Position numbers and translations under genes: made by a program | The notes under the pieces: model-generated | Told to the model about the DNA's origin: nothing | Databases searched by the model: none | What the model saw: only the letters and a program-made list of their open reading frames with translations | Source of the DNA: Acidothermaceae bacterium | GTDB lineage: Bacteria > Actinomycetota > Actinomycetes > Acidothermales > Acidothermaceae | Assembly: GCA_025934355.1 (NCBI GenBank) | Contig: JAICYF010000001.1 | Coordinates: forward strand, 1-58,501 | Reading direction: 5' to 3' | Length of the DNA stretch: 58,501 nucleotides | Part shown: positions 1 through 9,176 of the stretch, in pieces | Position numbering within the stretch: the first letter of the stretch is position 1 | Layout: every line of letters begins with the position of its first letter

Positions 1-1074
1 CCGCCGTCCGACCTGCTCGGCACACTGGCACAAGCAATTCGCCAAGCGAACGACCAGTTGCGCCAGATGATGGAGGCCGACGACGAACTCGACGGCATGG
101 GCACCACGCTGACCGCCCTATTGCTCGGCGGAAACCGGCTGGGTCTCGCGCACATCGGCGACTCGCGCGCGTATCTGTTGCGCGACGGCGAGCTCACCCA
201 AATCACCGACGACCACACCCTCGTGCAGCGTTACGTCGACGAAGGTCAACTCGACGAAGCAGACGTGCCGACGCATCCCCAGCGTTCGGTGATTTTGCGT
301 GTGTTGAACGGCCGCCCGGACGACGAGGCGGATCTGTCGATCCGCGAGGCTCGGGCCGGCGACCGATATTTGCTGTGCAGCGACGGGCTTTCCGGCGTGG
401 TCAGCAAAGACACGATCTGCGAGACGCTCAACATCCCCGACCCCGACCAAGCGGTCGAGGCGTTGGTCAACCTTGCGCTGCGCGGCGGCGCGCCCGACAA
501 CGTCACCTGCATCGTTTGCGACGTCGTCGAAGCTGACCATGTTCCCGTCGCCGAGCCCATCGTCGGCGGTTCAGTCACCGACGGCGATGAGGAGCGCAGC
601 CGTCAACTCGACACCGCGGCCGGACGCGCCGCCGCGCTGCGCGGCCACCGGCGGGCGCCTGCACGCCGGCATTCAGCCGACGACGAGCCGCGCCGGCGGA
701 TTCGCGGACCGCTCCTTGTTCTTGCGTTGCTCATCGTCGTCGCGGGCGCGCTGTTCGGTGGAACCTGGTGGTACTCGCAGCACCAGTACTACGTCAGCAG
801 CAATGGTCAGGACGTCGTTGTTTACAAGGGAATCAAGGGGTCGATTCTCGGCATCAGCTTCTCGTCCGCCATAGAGAACACGCACATCCCGATCGATTCG
901 CTTCCGTCGTTCGAGCGCGACCGAATCACCGACGGCATCACCGCGCACAGCCGGGGTGCCGCGGAGCGAATCGTCGACGGCGTGCGTCAGTCGACGCAGA
1001 GCCCGTCGTCCAGCCCACCAGCGACTCCCGCCCCCTCCTCGTCGGTCACCGTGTCACCGGGAGCGTCGCCATGA
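1..1074 (+). CDS. pstP: PP2C-family Ser/Thr protein phosphatase (PstP-like), 5' end cut by window edge
   Basis: The frame of ORF 58..1074 is open back to nt 1. PP2C motifs are present: GMGTTLTALL, HIGDSRAYLL, LLCSDGL, GGAPDNVTCIV. These are followed by a TM helix and a Ser/Pro tail. The stop overlaps the next start (ATGA). It heads the conserved pstP-rodA-pbpA-pknB cluster. Confidence 0.9.
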   Translation, partial: PPSDLLGTLAQAIRQANDQLRQMMEADDELDGMGTTLTALLLGGNRLGLAHIGDSRAYLLRDGELTQITDDHTLVQRYVDEGQLDEADVPTHPQRSVILRVLNGRPDDEADLSIREARAGDRYLLCSDGLSGVVSKDTICETLNIPDPDQAVEALVNLALRGGAPDNVTCIVCDVVEADHVPVAEPIVGGSVTDGDEERSRQLDTAAGRAAALRGHRRAPARRHSADDEPRRRIRGPLLVLALLIVVAGALFGGTWWYSQHQYYVSSNGQDVVVYKGIKGSILGISFSSAIENTHIPIDSLPSFERDRITDGITAHSRGAAERIVDGVRQSTQSPSSSPPATPAPSSSVTVSPGASP

Positions 1075-2477
1075 GCTCGGCGACCGCAACCGGATTGGCC
1101 AACGCCGCGAAGGCGATTAAGCCTCGCCGACCCCGCACCCGACGCGGCGTCGAGTTGGCGATGCTCGTCTTCGCGGTGCTCATCGCGCTAGCCGCGTACA
1201 CCGACGTCGGAATGGCGCGCTCGCAAAAGGTGCCGCCCGACATCTTGACGTACGGGCTCGGCCTCGGTGCTTTGGTGCTGGTCGCGCACATCGCCGTCCG
1301 GCGGTTCGCGCCCTACGCCGACCCGCTGTTGCTACCGTGCGCGGCGCTGCTCAACGGCGTCGGCCTGGTGCTCATACATCGACTCGATCTCGTCGCGCCA
1401 AAGGCGGAGAACTCCGACGCGACACTGCAATTGGCGTGGAGCGCGATCGGCGTCGTTGCTTTCATCGTCGTCCTGGTCGTGGTGCGCGACCACCGACGGC
1501 TCCAGCGCTACACCTACACCTCGATGTTGCTCGGCGTGCTGCTGTTGGCGGTCCCGTCGATTCTGCCGGCGCGGTTCAGCGAGGTGAACGGCGCCCGCAA
1601 CTGGATCCGGTTCGCCGGTTTCTCAATCCAGCCAGGCGAATTCGCGAAGATCCTGCTGGTCATCTTCGTCGCAGGTTTTCTCGTCGCGAAGCGCGACGCA
1701 CTCGCGCTGGCAAGTCATCGATTCCTCGGGCTCGACCTGCCACGCGGCCGCGACCTCGGCCCCATCATCGTCGCCTGGCTGGTCAGCGTCGGCCTGCTCG
1801 TTCGTGGTCGAGACCTCGGCATGTCGATGCTGTTCTTCGGCTTCTTCATCGTCATGCTCTACATCGCCACCGAGCGACTTTCGTGGCTGCTGATCGGTCT
1901 GCTGCTGTTCTGCGGCGGCACCTTCATCGCCTACCACCTTTTCGCACATGTGCGCGAGCGCTTCGAGATCTGGCTGCACCCGTTCCGCTATGCGAAGTCG
2001 ACCGGATACCAGCTGGTGCAGGGGCTGTACGGCTTTTCTTCCGGCGGACTCATGGGCACCGGACTCGGTAAAGGGCGTCCCGACCTTGTGCCATTCGCCA
2101 AGAGCGACTTCATCATCTCGACCATCGGCGAGGAACTCGGTCTCACCGGCCTGATGGCGATCCTGTTGGTCTACGTGGTCATGGTGTCGCGCGGACTGCG
2201 CGCGTCGTTGTCAGTGCGCGACTCATTCGGCAAGTTGCTCGCCGCGGGTCTCGCGGTCTCCCTCGCCGTCCAAGTGTTCGTCGTCGTCGGTGGCGTGATG
2301 CGACTGATCCCGCTCACCGGCATCACCACGCCGTTCCTTTCATACGGTGGCTCGTCGTTGGTCTCCAACTGGGCGTTGATCGCGCTATTGCTTCGGGTGA
2401 GCGACTCCGCACGTCGTCCGGCGCCACCGCCCACGCCAAGACCGGACGACGCGGCGACCCAGGTGGTCAGGTTATGA
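1071..2477 (+). CDS. rodA: SEDS-family peptidoglycan polymerase (FtsW/RodA)
   Basis: ATG at 1071 overlaps the pstP stop. The track start at 768 is an Arg-rich extension inside pstP. The protein is polytopic, with SEDS-like segments FSIQPGEFAKI, TIGEELGLTG and TTPFLSYGGSS. Confidence 0.9.
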   Translation: MSSATATGLANAAKAIKPRRPRTRRGVELAMLVFAVLIALAAYTDVGMARSQKVPPDILTYGLGLGALVLVAHIAVRRFAPYADPLLLPCAALLNGVGLVLIHRLDLVAPKAENSDATLQLAWSAIGVVAFIVVLVVVRDHRRLQRYTYTSMLLGVLLLAVPSILPARFSEVNGARNWIRFAGFSIQPGEFAKILLVIFVAGFLVAKRDALALASHRFLGLDLPRGRDLGPIIVAWLVSVGLLVRGRDLGMSMLFFGFFIVMLYIATERLSWLLIGLLLFCGGTFIAYHLFAHVRERFEIWLHPFRYAKSTGYQLVQGLYGFSSGGLMGTGLGKGRPDLVPFAKSDFIISTIGEELGLTGLMAILLVYVVMVSRGLRASLSVRDSFGKLLAAGLAVSLAVQVFVVVGGVMRLIPLTGITTPFLSYGGSSLVSNWALIALLLRVSDSARRPAPPPTPRPDDAATQVVRL

Positions 2478-3931
2478 ACAAGCCGATCCGTCGCGTCGCC
2501 ATCGCCTGCCTGCTGCTGTTCGCCGCGTTGCTGGTCAACGCCAACGTCGTCCAATTCGCTGACGCCAAGAACTTGCGCGACAAGCCTGGCAACACCCGCA
2601 CGCTTTACGCGCAATACGACCGGCAGCGCGGCGACATCGTGACCGCGGCTGGCGACGCGATCGCGTCGTCCACCCCAACGACCGACACGTTGAAGTACCT
2701 GCGCACGTATTCGAACGCACCTGTGTACGCGCCGGTCACGGGCTTTTACTCGATCGTGTATGGCGCGACTGACATCGAGGCGGCCGAGAACTCCGTCCTG
2801 GCCGGCACCGACGACCGGCTCTTCGTTCGGCAGCTGACCAACCTCATCACCGGACGCACACCGCAAGGCGGCAGCGTCGTCCTCACCATCGACCCCGCAC
2901 TTCAGGTGGCGGCTTACCAAGCGCTGGCCGGACGCAAAGGCGCGGTGGTCGCCGTCGACCCGTCGACCGGCGCCATTTTGGCGTTGGTGACGTCGCCGTC
3001 GTACGACCCCAACGTGCTCTCGTCGCACGATGAGAAGTCCATCACGGCGAACTGGAAGCAACTGACCGCCGACCCCAACAATCCGATGCTCGACCGCGCG
3101 TTAAACGAGACGTATCCCCCAGGCTCGACGTTCAAGCTGGTGACCGCGGCGGCGGCGCTTTCCAATGGCGGTTACACGCCGCAGTCCAGCATTCCGGCGC
3201 CGAACGTGCTGCCTTATCCGAACTCCACGAAGTCGCTGCCGAACTACGCGGGCGAGCAGTGCGGCGACGGAAAGACCACCACCCTCATCGAAGCGCTGAC
3301 CATCTCGTGCAACACCGCCTTTGGCGCGCTCGGCGAGACGCTCGGCCAAGACGCGCTGCGAAAGCAGGCTGAGGCGTTCGGCTTCAACTCGACGTTCAGC
3401 ATCCCGATGAAGTCGGCCAGCAGCGTCTTCCCAACCGGCCTCGACGATGCTCAGACGATTCAGTCCGCAATCGGTCAATACAACGTGCGCACCACCCCGC
3501 TGCAGATGGCGATGGTCGCCGCGACGATCGCCAACGGCGGCACGTTGATGAAGCCATATCTCGTGAAGCAACTCGTCGGCCCCGACCTCGCCGTCATCGA
3601 CACCACCAAGCCAACGGCGATCCGGCAGGCGATTTCCGCGGAGGTGGCGGCCGAGCTCACCACGATGATGGAAAGCGTCGTCGACAAAGGCACCGGCACC
3701 ACCGCCCAGATCCCGGGCGTGAAGGTAGCCGGAAAGACCGGGACGGCGGAGAACGCACCCGGCAAAGCGCCGCACGCGTGGTTCGTGTCGTTCGCACCTG
3801 CGGCGTCACCGAAGATCGCGGTCGCGGTGGTTGTCGAGAACGGCGGCGGCGCGAACGACGCCACCGGCGCCAAAGTCGCCGCCCCAATCGCGAAAGCCGT
3901 GATGAGCGCGGCGCTTAAGGAATCGCAATGA
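2474..3931 (+). CDS. pbpA: Class B penicillin-binding protein (PbpA-type transpeptidase)
   Basis: N-terminal TM anchor. Transpeptidase motifs are STFK (PGSTFKLV), SCN (TISCNTAF) and KTGT (AGKTGTAE). There is a 4-nt overlap with rodA. Confidence 0.9.
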   Translation: MNKPIRRVAIACLLLFAALLVNANVVQFADAKNLRDKPGNTRTLYAQYDRQRGDIVTAAGDAIASSTPTTDTLKYLRTYSNAPVYAPVTGFYSIVYGATDIEAAENSVLAGTDDRLFVRQLTNLITGRTPQGGSVVLTIDPALQVAAYQALAGRKGAVVAVDPSTGAILALVTSPSYDPNVLSSHDEKSITANWKQLTADPNNPMLDRALNETYPPGSTFKLVTAAAALSNGGYTPQSSIPAPNVLPYPNSTKSLPNYAGEQCGDGKTTTLIEALTISCNTAFGALGETLGQDALRKQAEAFGFNSTFSIPMKSASSVFPTGLDDAQTIQSAIGQYNVRTTPLQMAMVAATIANGGTLMKPYLVKQLVGPDLAVIDTTKPTAIRQAISAEVAAELTTMMESVVDKGTGTTAQIPGVKVAGKTGTAENAPGKAPHAWFVSFAPAASPKIAVAVVVENGGGANDATGAKVAAPIAKAVMSAALKESQ

Positions 3932-3989
3932 ACACGCGCCCCACCGGTACGGTAAAAGAGTTTTCCTGCGACGCGAGAGGGTCTTCATC

Positions 3990-5687
3990 ATGACTGAGCC
4001 ACGGCGGCTCGGCGACCGCTATGAGCTCGGTGAGGTGCTGGGCTACGGCGGCATGGCAGAGGTGCTGCGCGGTCGCGACTTACGCCTCGGGCGCGACGTC
4101 GCGGTGAAGACCCTGCGCGTCGACTTCGCACGCGACCCGTCGTTCCAGTCGCGGTTCCGGCGCGAGGCGCAATCGGCCGCCTCCCTGAACCACCCGACGA
4201 TCGTCGCCGTGTACGACACCGGCGAGAGCACGCTCGACGGCGTCCAGGTTCCGTACATCGTGATGGAGTACGTCGACGGCCGGACGTTGCGCGACGTTCT
4301 GAAGACCGAGCGGCACATCATGCCGACCCGCGCGCTCGAGATTTCCGCGCAGATTTTGCAGGCGCTCGATTACAGCCACCGCAACGGGATCATCCATCGC
4401 GACATCAAGCCGGGCAACGTCATGCTCACCCGCTCCGGCGATGTGAAGGTGATGGACTTCGGCATCGCCCGCGCGCTCGCGCAATCGTCCGCCACCGTCA
4501 CCCAGACCGCGGCGGTCATCGGCACCGCGCAGTACCTGTCGCCTGAGCAAGCGCGCGGTGAGCAGGTCGACCCGCGCTCCGACGTTTACTCCGCTGGATG
4601 CCTGCTGTACGAGTTGCTCACCGGCGTGCCGCCGTTCACCGGAGACTCACCGGTCGCGGTCGCGTACCAGCATGTGCGCGAAGATCCGGCGCCGCCGTCC
4701 CAGGTAAACCCCGACGTCAGCCCGGCGATCGACTCCATCGTGCTCAAGGCAATGGCGAAAAATCCGGCGAACCGCTACCAGTCGGCCGCCGAAATGCGCG
4801 AGGACATCGAGCGGGCGCTCAGCGGCGTTCCGGTTCAAGCGACTCCGTTGCTCACCGACCAAACCACGCGCATGGCGCCCGTCGCCGACAGCCGCGTCGT
4901 CCGTCGACAACCACGCGGACGACGAACCCTTACCTACATCATGCTGTTCATCGTCGTGATCGGGCTGTTCGTCGGCCTCGGCATTTTGCTGCGGCACCTG
5001 CTGGTCTCGAAGCACAGCGTCACCGACGTCAAAGTGCCGAGCGTCGTCACGCTGTCTCAGGCCGACGCGGAGAGCCAACTGCAAGCCGCGAACCTTAAGC
5101 CGGTCGTCAAGCAAGAGGCCACAGACAAGGCGAAGGCGGGCATCGTCTTCGATCAGAACCCGCCCGCCAACACCTTGCTGCCGCCGCAGTCGCAGGTCAC
5201 CATCACGGTGTCGACCGGGCCAGCCGATGTGCAGGTCCCCGACCTCAGCAACAAGACGTTGGCCGACGCGCAGACGGCGCTGCAACAAGCCAAGTTGAAG
5301 TTGGGCTCGCAAACGCCGCAAGACTCTCAGCTGCCGCCCGGCACGGTCATCAGCCAGGATCCGAAAGCCGGCACGAAGGCCACCGAGGGGTCACCGGTCA
5401 ACGTCGTGGTGGCGAGCGGCAGCGGCAAGGTGCCCGACGTCCATGGTCTGCCCGCCGACCAGGCGCAGACGACGCTGTCCGAGGCTGGGTACTCCCCGGA
5501 GATTGTCGAGCAGCCGAACTCGACCCAGCAGGCCGGCACGGTCATCAACACGTTCCCGAGCGCGAACTCGTCGGCGAAGATCGGCAGCACGGTGAAGGTG
5601 TACGTCGCGACCGCGCCGCCACCGTCGTCGCCGCCACCGACACCCGCGAGCAGCGGCGGCCCGGCCTCACCGCCGGCCAGCCCGTAG
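3990..5687 (+). CDS. pknB: Ser/Thr protein kinase with extracellular PASTA repeats
   Basis: Kinase motifs are GYGGMAEV, VAVK, HRDIKPGN, DFGIA and SPEQA. A central TM helix is followed by repeated PASTA-like modules and a Pro/Ser tail. Confidence 0.95.
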   Translation: MTEPRRLGDRYELGEVLGYGGMAEVLRGRDLRLGRDVAVKTLRVDFARDPSFQSRFRREAQSAASLNHPTIVAVYDTGESTLDGVQVPYIVMEYVDGRTLRDVLKTERHIMPTRALEISAQILQALDYSHRNGIIHRDIKPGNVMLTRSGDVKVMDFGIARALAQSSATVTQTAAVIGTAQYLSPEQARGEQVDPRSDVYSAGCLLYELLTGVPPFTGDSPVAVAYQHVREDPAPPSQVNPDVSPAIDSIVLKAMAKNPANRYQSAAEMREDIERALSGVPVQATPLLTDQTTRMAPVADSRVVRRQPRGRRTLTYIMLFIVVIGLFVGLGILLRHLLVSKHSVTDVKVPSVVTLSQADAESQLQAANLKPVVKQEATDKAKAGIVFDQNPPANTLLPPQSQVTITVSTGPADVQVPDLSNKTLADAQTALQQAKLKLGSQTPQDSQLPPGTVISQDPKAGTKATEGSPVNVVVASGSGKVPDVHGLPADQAQTTLSEAGYSPEIVEQPNSTQQAGTVINTFPSANSSAKIGSTVKVYVATAPPPSSPPPTPASSGGPASPPASP

Positions 5688-5737
5688 CGCGCCCGGGAGC
5701 TCTTCGACCCCGACCCGACCCGGGCCGCCGAAAGTTT

Positions 5738-5774
5738 GTGACGCCTGCTGTTGCTGAGCAACAGCAGGCGTCAC
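5738..5774. terminator. Bidirectional stem-loop between convergent pknB and trpG
   Basis: Perfect 17-bp inverted repeat: GTGACGCCTGCTGTTGC-tga-GCAACAGCAGGCGTCAC. It lies in the 114-bp gap between two convergent stop codons. Confidence 0.6.
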
Positions 5775-5801
5775 CAACTCACGAATTCGGAAACGCCGAC
5801 G

Positions 5802-6413
5802 CTACAACGGGGCGGTTAGCGCGAGCGCCCGCGCGGGGGCGTCGCTGTCGCCGCAGCGGGCCAGCCAGTTGGCGAGCATCCGATGGCCGCCTTCGGTGAG
5901 CACCGACTCGGGGTGGAACTGCACGCCCTCGACATCCAGCTCCCGGTGGCGCATGGCCATCACCACGCCGGAGTCGGTGCGGCCGGTGACCTCGACGAAG
6001 TCGGGCAACGTCGCCTCGTCTACCGCGAGCGAGTGGTACCGGGTGGCCGTGAACGGGTCGGGCAGACCCGCCAGCACGCCGACGCCGTTGTGATGCACCT
6101 CGCTGGTCTTGCCGTGCAGCAACTCCGGCGCGCGATCGACCACGCCGCCATAGGCCACCGCGATCGCCTGATGCCCGAGGCAAACGCCGAAGATGGGAAC
6201 CCGGCCGCCGACCTCGCGCACCAGCGGCACGCACACGCCGGCCGCCTCGGGAGTGCCGGGCCCGGGGCTCAGCAACACGCCGTCGTACTCAAGAGCGTCG
6301 GACGGCGTCAGCTCGTCGTTGCGCAAGACCACGCACTTCGCGTCAAGCTGTCCGAGGTATTGGACCAGGTTGAACACGAAGCTGTCGTAATTGTCGACGA
6401 CGAGGATGCGCAC
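5802..6413 (-). CDS. trpG: Glutamine amidotransferase, anthranilate/aminodeoxychorismate synthase component II
   Basis: GTG at 6413 begins VRILVVDNYDSFVFNL. Class I GATase motifs are GVCLGHQAI and VQFHPES. The 87-aa Arg-rich N-terminal extension in the track overlaps the neighbouring gene and was rejected. Confidence 0.85.
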   Translation of the reverse strand: MRILVVDNYDSFVFNLVQYLGQLDAKCVVLRNDELTPSDALEYDGVLLSPGPGTPEAAGVCVPLVREVGGRVPIFGVCLGHQAIAVAYGGVVDRAPELLHGKTSEVHHNGVGVLAGLPDPFTATRYHSLAVDEATLPDFVEVTGRTDSGVVMAMRHRELDVEGVQFHPESVLTEGGHRMLANWLARCGDSDAPARALALTAPL

Positions 6414-6453
6414 GACCGAAGTGTCGCATGCGGCGCGGCCTCGCGTCGTCCGA

Positions 6454-6705
6454 CTAGTTGGACGGCAGCGCGGTTGGCGTGGGCGCGGACGATGCGGCCG
6501 GCGTGGGTGTCTGCGACTCGAGAATCGACGGCAGGCTGCCGACCGGCGGCGTGTTGACCGTGACGTCGTTCCACGGCAGGTGCGGCTCCACCACGGGAAA
6601 GACCACGAAGAACAACAGGGCGAGCGCGCTGACGAGCAACAGCGCGACGCTCGCCAGTTTGCCCCACAAACCACCTGGAATGGCCCGCCACAACGCCGCG
6701 TACAC
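6454..6705 (-). CDS. Small membrane protein (one TM helix, Pro/Thr/Ser tail)
   Basis: GTG at 6705 lies 6 nt after the sortase stop and is preceded by AAGGGGG. The hydrophobic helix is LASVALLLVSALALLFFVVFPVV. Function is unknown. Confidence 0.5.
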   Translation of the reverse strand: MYAALWRAIPGGLWGKLASVALLLVSALALLFFVVFPVVEPHLPWNDVTVNTPPVGSLPSILESQTPTPAASSAPTPTALPSN

Positions 6706-6711
6706 CGTGCG

Positions 6712-7488
6712 TCACACCCCCTTGAGCGCTGGAGGCAACCCGGCGGACTTAGGCAACGCCGACTCCAGTGAGCCGTAGATGATCAGCCGGTGTGAGGCGG
6801 AGTATTTCGGCGTGCACGTGGTCAAGGTGATCAACGCCTGGCTCGGCTTCGCGTGCGGCTTGTTCGGAACCGGGAGGACGACGCCGACCGCGGTCGGCAA
6901 CACCGTCTGGTCGCCCGTGACCCGGTAGGTGTACCAGGTGTCGCGAGTCTCGATGACAATCGCGTCGCCCTTCTGCAACTCGCCGAGACCGTTGAACGGC
7001 GCGAGATAGGTCGTGCGGTGACCAGACAACACGAAGTTGCCGACGCCCCCTGGCATCGCCGTGCCGGGATAGTGTCCCGGTCCCTTCTTCAAGTCGTCTG
7101 TCGAGACGCCCTCGACGATCGCGTAGGCGTAGTTGGCGCCCAGCCGCGGGATGCGGATCAATCCGATGGCGTCGCCCGGCACCGGCTGATCAATGAGGGC
7201 CGGCGGCGAGGCGGCGGGGCTGCCTGGCGCAGTCGGTTGCTCGCCGGGCAGCTCCGTCGCGGACGGCGTGGACGGCGCGGGCAGCGCCCACTCGGAGCGC
7301 AGCTGCGACTTCAGGTCCGACTGCGCGCGAGCGGTGTACAACCCGGTGAACCACAGTTCGTACGCCAAGAACAAGAACACGATGACGCCGAGGGTGATGA
7401 GCACCTCGCCGACGACGCCGATGACCGTTCGGGCGTCAGGTCGCGGACGGCGGCGCGCGCCCCGGTAGCCGTCGACGACCTGCGTCAC
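6712..7488 (-). CDS. Class E-type sortase
   Basis: N-terminal TM anchor. Sortase motifs are SGHRTTY and the catalytic LTTC (ALITLTTCTPKY). Confidence 0.85.
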   Translation of the reverse strand: MTQVVDGYRGARRRPRPDARTVIGVVGEVLITLGVIVFLFLAYELWFTGLYTARAQSDLKSQLRSEWALPAPSTPSATELPGEQPTAPGSPAASPPALIDQPVPGDAIGLIRIPRLGANYAYAIVEGVSTDDLKKGPGHYPGTAMPGGVGNFVLSGHRTTYLAPFNGLGELQKGDAIVIETRDTWYTYRVTGDQTVLPTAVGVVLPVPNKPHAKPSQALITLTTCTPKYSASHRLIIYGSLESALPKSAGLPPALKGV

Positions 7489-8375
7489 GGGTTTGATCCG
7501 GACGGCGGCGCGGACGGGGTCGAGCCGGGCGAAGTCACGGGCAAGCCGGGCGAGGTGACGGGCAAGCCGGGCGAGGTGACTGGCGCAGCCGGCGTGCGAA
7601 CCGGCGCGGCTGGCACCGACGCGGACGCGGACGGCGACTGCAGCGCCGACGCATACGCGAGCGACAGGCCTCCCGTGTAGGCCGGCATGGTCACTTTGTC
7701 CTCAGTCTTCACGCTGTATCCGAGGTGGTAGGCCTGCACGTACTGCTTGTAGATGATGATGTCAGGCGAGTCGTCGAGCGCAGACCGCAACCGATCAACA
7801 TCCCCAATCGCGGAGATGACGTATGGCGGCGAATAGACGACGCCGTGCAGCAGCAAAGTGTTCCCGACGCAGCGGACCGCGCTCGTCGAGATCACCCGCT
7901 GGCCCTGCAGAGTCATCGCCTCGGCGCCGCCGGCCCACAGCGCGTTGACGACGGCTTGCACGTCTTGCTGATGGACCACTAGGTAATCGGGCGGGACCGA
8001 GCCCTTTTGCGCGCCTGGCAGCGGCGGCGCGTCGTTGAGGCTGACAGTGACCGCCGAACCGGTCACCGCCGACATGCCCGCGTCGTCCGCGACCTGCTCG
8101 GCCTCGTCGCGCGCGCTCGCCACCCGACTGTCGCTACGCGCGGCCTTCGACGTCTCGGCCTGGACCTGCTTTTCCAGGTCGGCGAGCTGCTTGGTCTGGC
8201 CGATCACCGTGCGCTGCTGACGCTCGGCGAAGCTGACGCCGTCGTCGTGGGCAACGACGCGCAGGTCGACGCCGTGCGAGGTGTTGGCGGACGTCGCGAA
8301 GAGCAGCCCGGCGAGCAGCGCGGCGACGGGGACGGCCGCGCGCCAGCTGATCGCCCGCTTGAATTCCACAACCAA
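7485..8375 (-). CDS. DUF881-family membrane-anchored protein
   Basis: N-terminal TM helix and a coiled segment. The C-terminal domain carries VVNALWAGGAEAM...SPPYVISAIGD, which is typical of DUF881. There is a 4-nt overlap with the sortase gene. Confidence 0.7.
   Translation of the reverse strand: MVVEFKRAISWRAAVPVAALLAGLLFATSANTSHGVDLRVVAHDDGVSFAERQQRTVIGQTKQLADLEKQVQAETSKAARSDSRVASARDEAEQVADDAGMSAVTGSAVTVSLNDAPPLPGAQKGSVPPDYLVVHQQDVQAVVNALWAGGAEAMTLQGQRVISTSAVRCVGNTLLLHGVVYSPPYVISAIGDVDRLRSALDDSPDIIIYKQYVQAYHLGYSVKTEDKVTMPAYTGGLSLAYASALQSPSASASVPAAPVRTPAAPVTSPGLPVTSPGLPVTSPGSTPSAPPSGSNP
7525..7587. repeat. In-frame 21-bp tandem repeat x3 in the DUF881 gene tail
   Basis: CCGGGCGA(A/G)GT(C/G)AC(G/T)GGC(AAG/GCA) occurs three times. 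On the minus strand it encodes PVTSPGL PVTSPGL PVTSPGS. Confidence 0.9.
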
Positions 8376-8508
8376 CCTTCTGCCGTCGGCGCCGACGCCG
8401 GTAATTCTCCGACTAAGCTAACGAACGAGCGAGCGCTTCGTGACGGCGTCCGCTCGAGTGTTGCTCGCTCAGCCCGTGGTCGTCACACGTTCATGCGAAG
8501 GGCCAACC

Positions 8509-8766
8509 GTGCCGAAGTCCCGCGTCCGCAAGACCGAGGTCTACACCCCGCCGCCGCGGCGGTCGGCCAAAAAGAAGGTCAGCCCGCCGTGGCTCGCTCC
8601 GACCATGGTCGGCCTGATGATCCTCGGCGTCGCCTGGCTCGTTGCCGGTTACCTGTCGCAGTACAACTTCCCGGGCATTAGCGCCCTCGGCGGCCAGGCC
8701 GGCAACCTGATCGAGGGCTTCGCACTGCTGATCGCCGGGCTGGGACTCGCGACACAGTGGCGCTGA
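8509..8766 (+). CDS. crgA: Cell division protein CrgA
   Basis: GTG at 8509 begins VPKSRVRKTEVYTPPPRR. Two TM helices follow. The position between DUF881 and rhomboid/ppiA matches other Actinomycetota. Confidence 0.9.
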   Translation: MPKSRVRKTEVYTPPPRRSAKKKVSPPWLAPTMVGLMILGVAWLVAGYLSQYNFPGISALGGQAGNLIEGFALLIAGLGLATQWR

Positions 8767-8871
8767 GCGCCGTCCGGCGCGGTGGCGCTGAGCGCCGTCC
8801 GGCGCGGTGGCGCTGAGCGCCGTCCGGCGCGGTGGCGCTGAGCGCCGTCCGGCGCGGTGGCGCTGAGCGCC
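8757..8871. repeat. 25-bp tandem repeat, 4.6 copies, starting in the last codons of crgA
   Basis: The unit is GTGGCGCTGAGCGCCGTCCGGCGCG. Perfect copies lie at 8757, 8782, 8807 and 8832, with a 15-bp partial copy at 8857. The first copy contains the crgA stop codon. Confidence 0.95.
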
Positions 8872-9176
8872 CGCTCCCAACCGATCTCCCTCACCAAGCC
8901 AACGCGTCCCTCGCCGCTGCTGTGCAGCCGGTCAGGGACCTGTTGGGTTGGTGAGCGCTTCGCTGGGTCAGGCCCCGCCCGGGACCGGAGTTACACGAGT
9001 GTGATTCCTCCACAGGGCTTGTCCACAGTGGGGACAACCTCGACGTTGAGGCCTGGACAGCCGGCGGCACCCGAGGACACCCAGCGAGGATGGTCTTCGC
9101 GTGACGTCAGCTGTCCTCGGCCGCCTCAGCCCGCATCGAGGTCCGGCGGCCCGGACGGGCGCCGAAGGCGGTCGCG

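Noticed and set aside
8757-8871. Possible CRISPR arrays at the tandem repeats (8757..8871, 50581..50632, 50736..50798, 58068..58139).
   Set aside because: The repeats are directly abutting with no unique spacers. The units are 14-25 bp, there are no cas genes in the window, and one array is in-frame coding.
8491-8897. Minus-strand ORFs (8491..8880 and 8649..8897) translating the 25-bp crgA-proximal repeats into repeated SATAPDGAQRHRAGRRSAP peptides.
   Set aside because: The unit length of 25 bp is not a multiple of 3, so the peptide periodicity only arises every three units. The ORFs overlap crgA antisense and have no SD. They are treated as non-coding repeat DNA.
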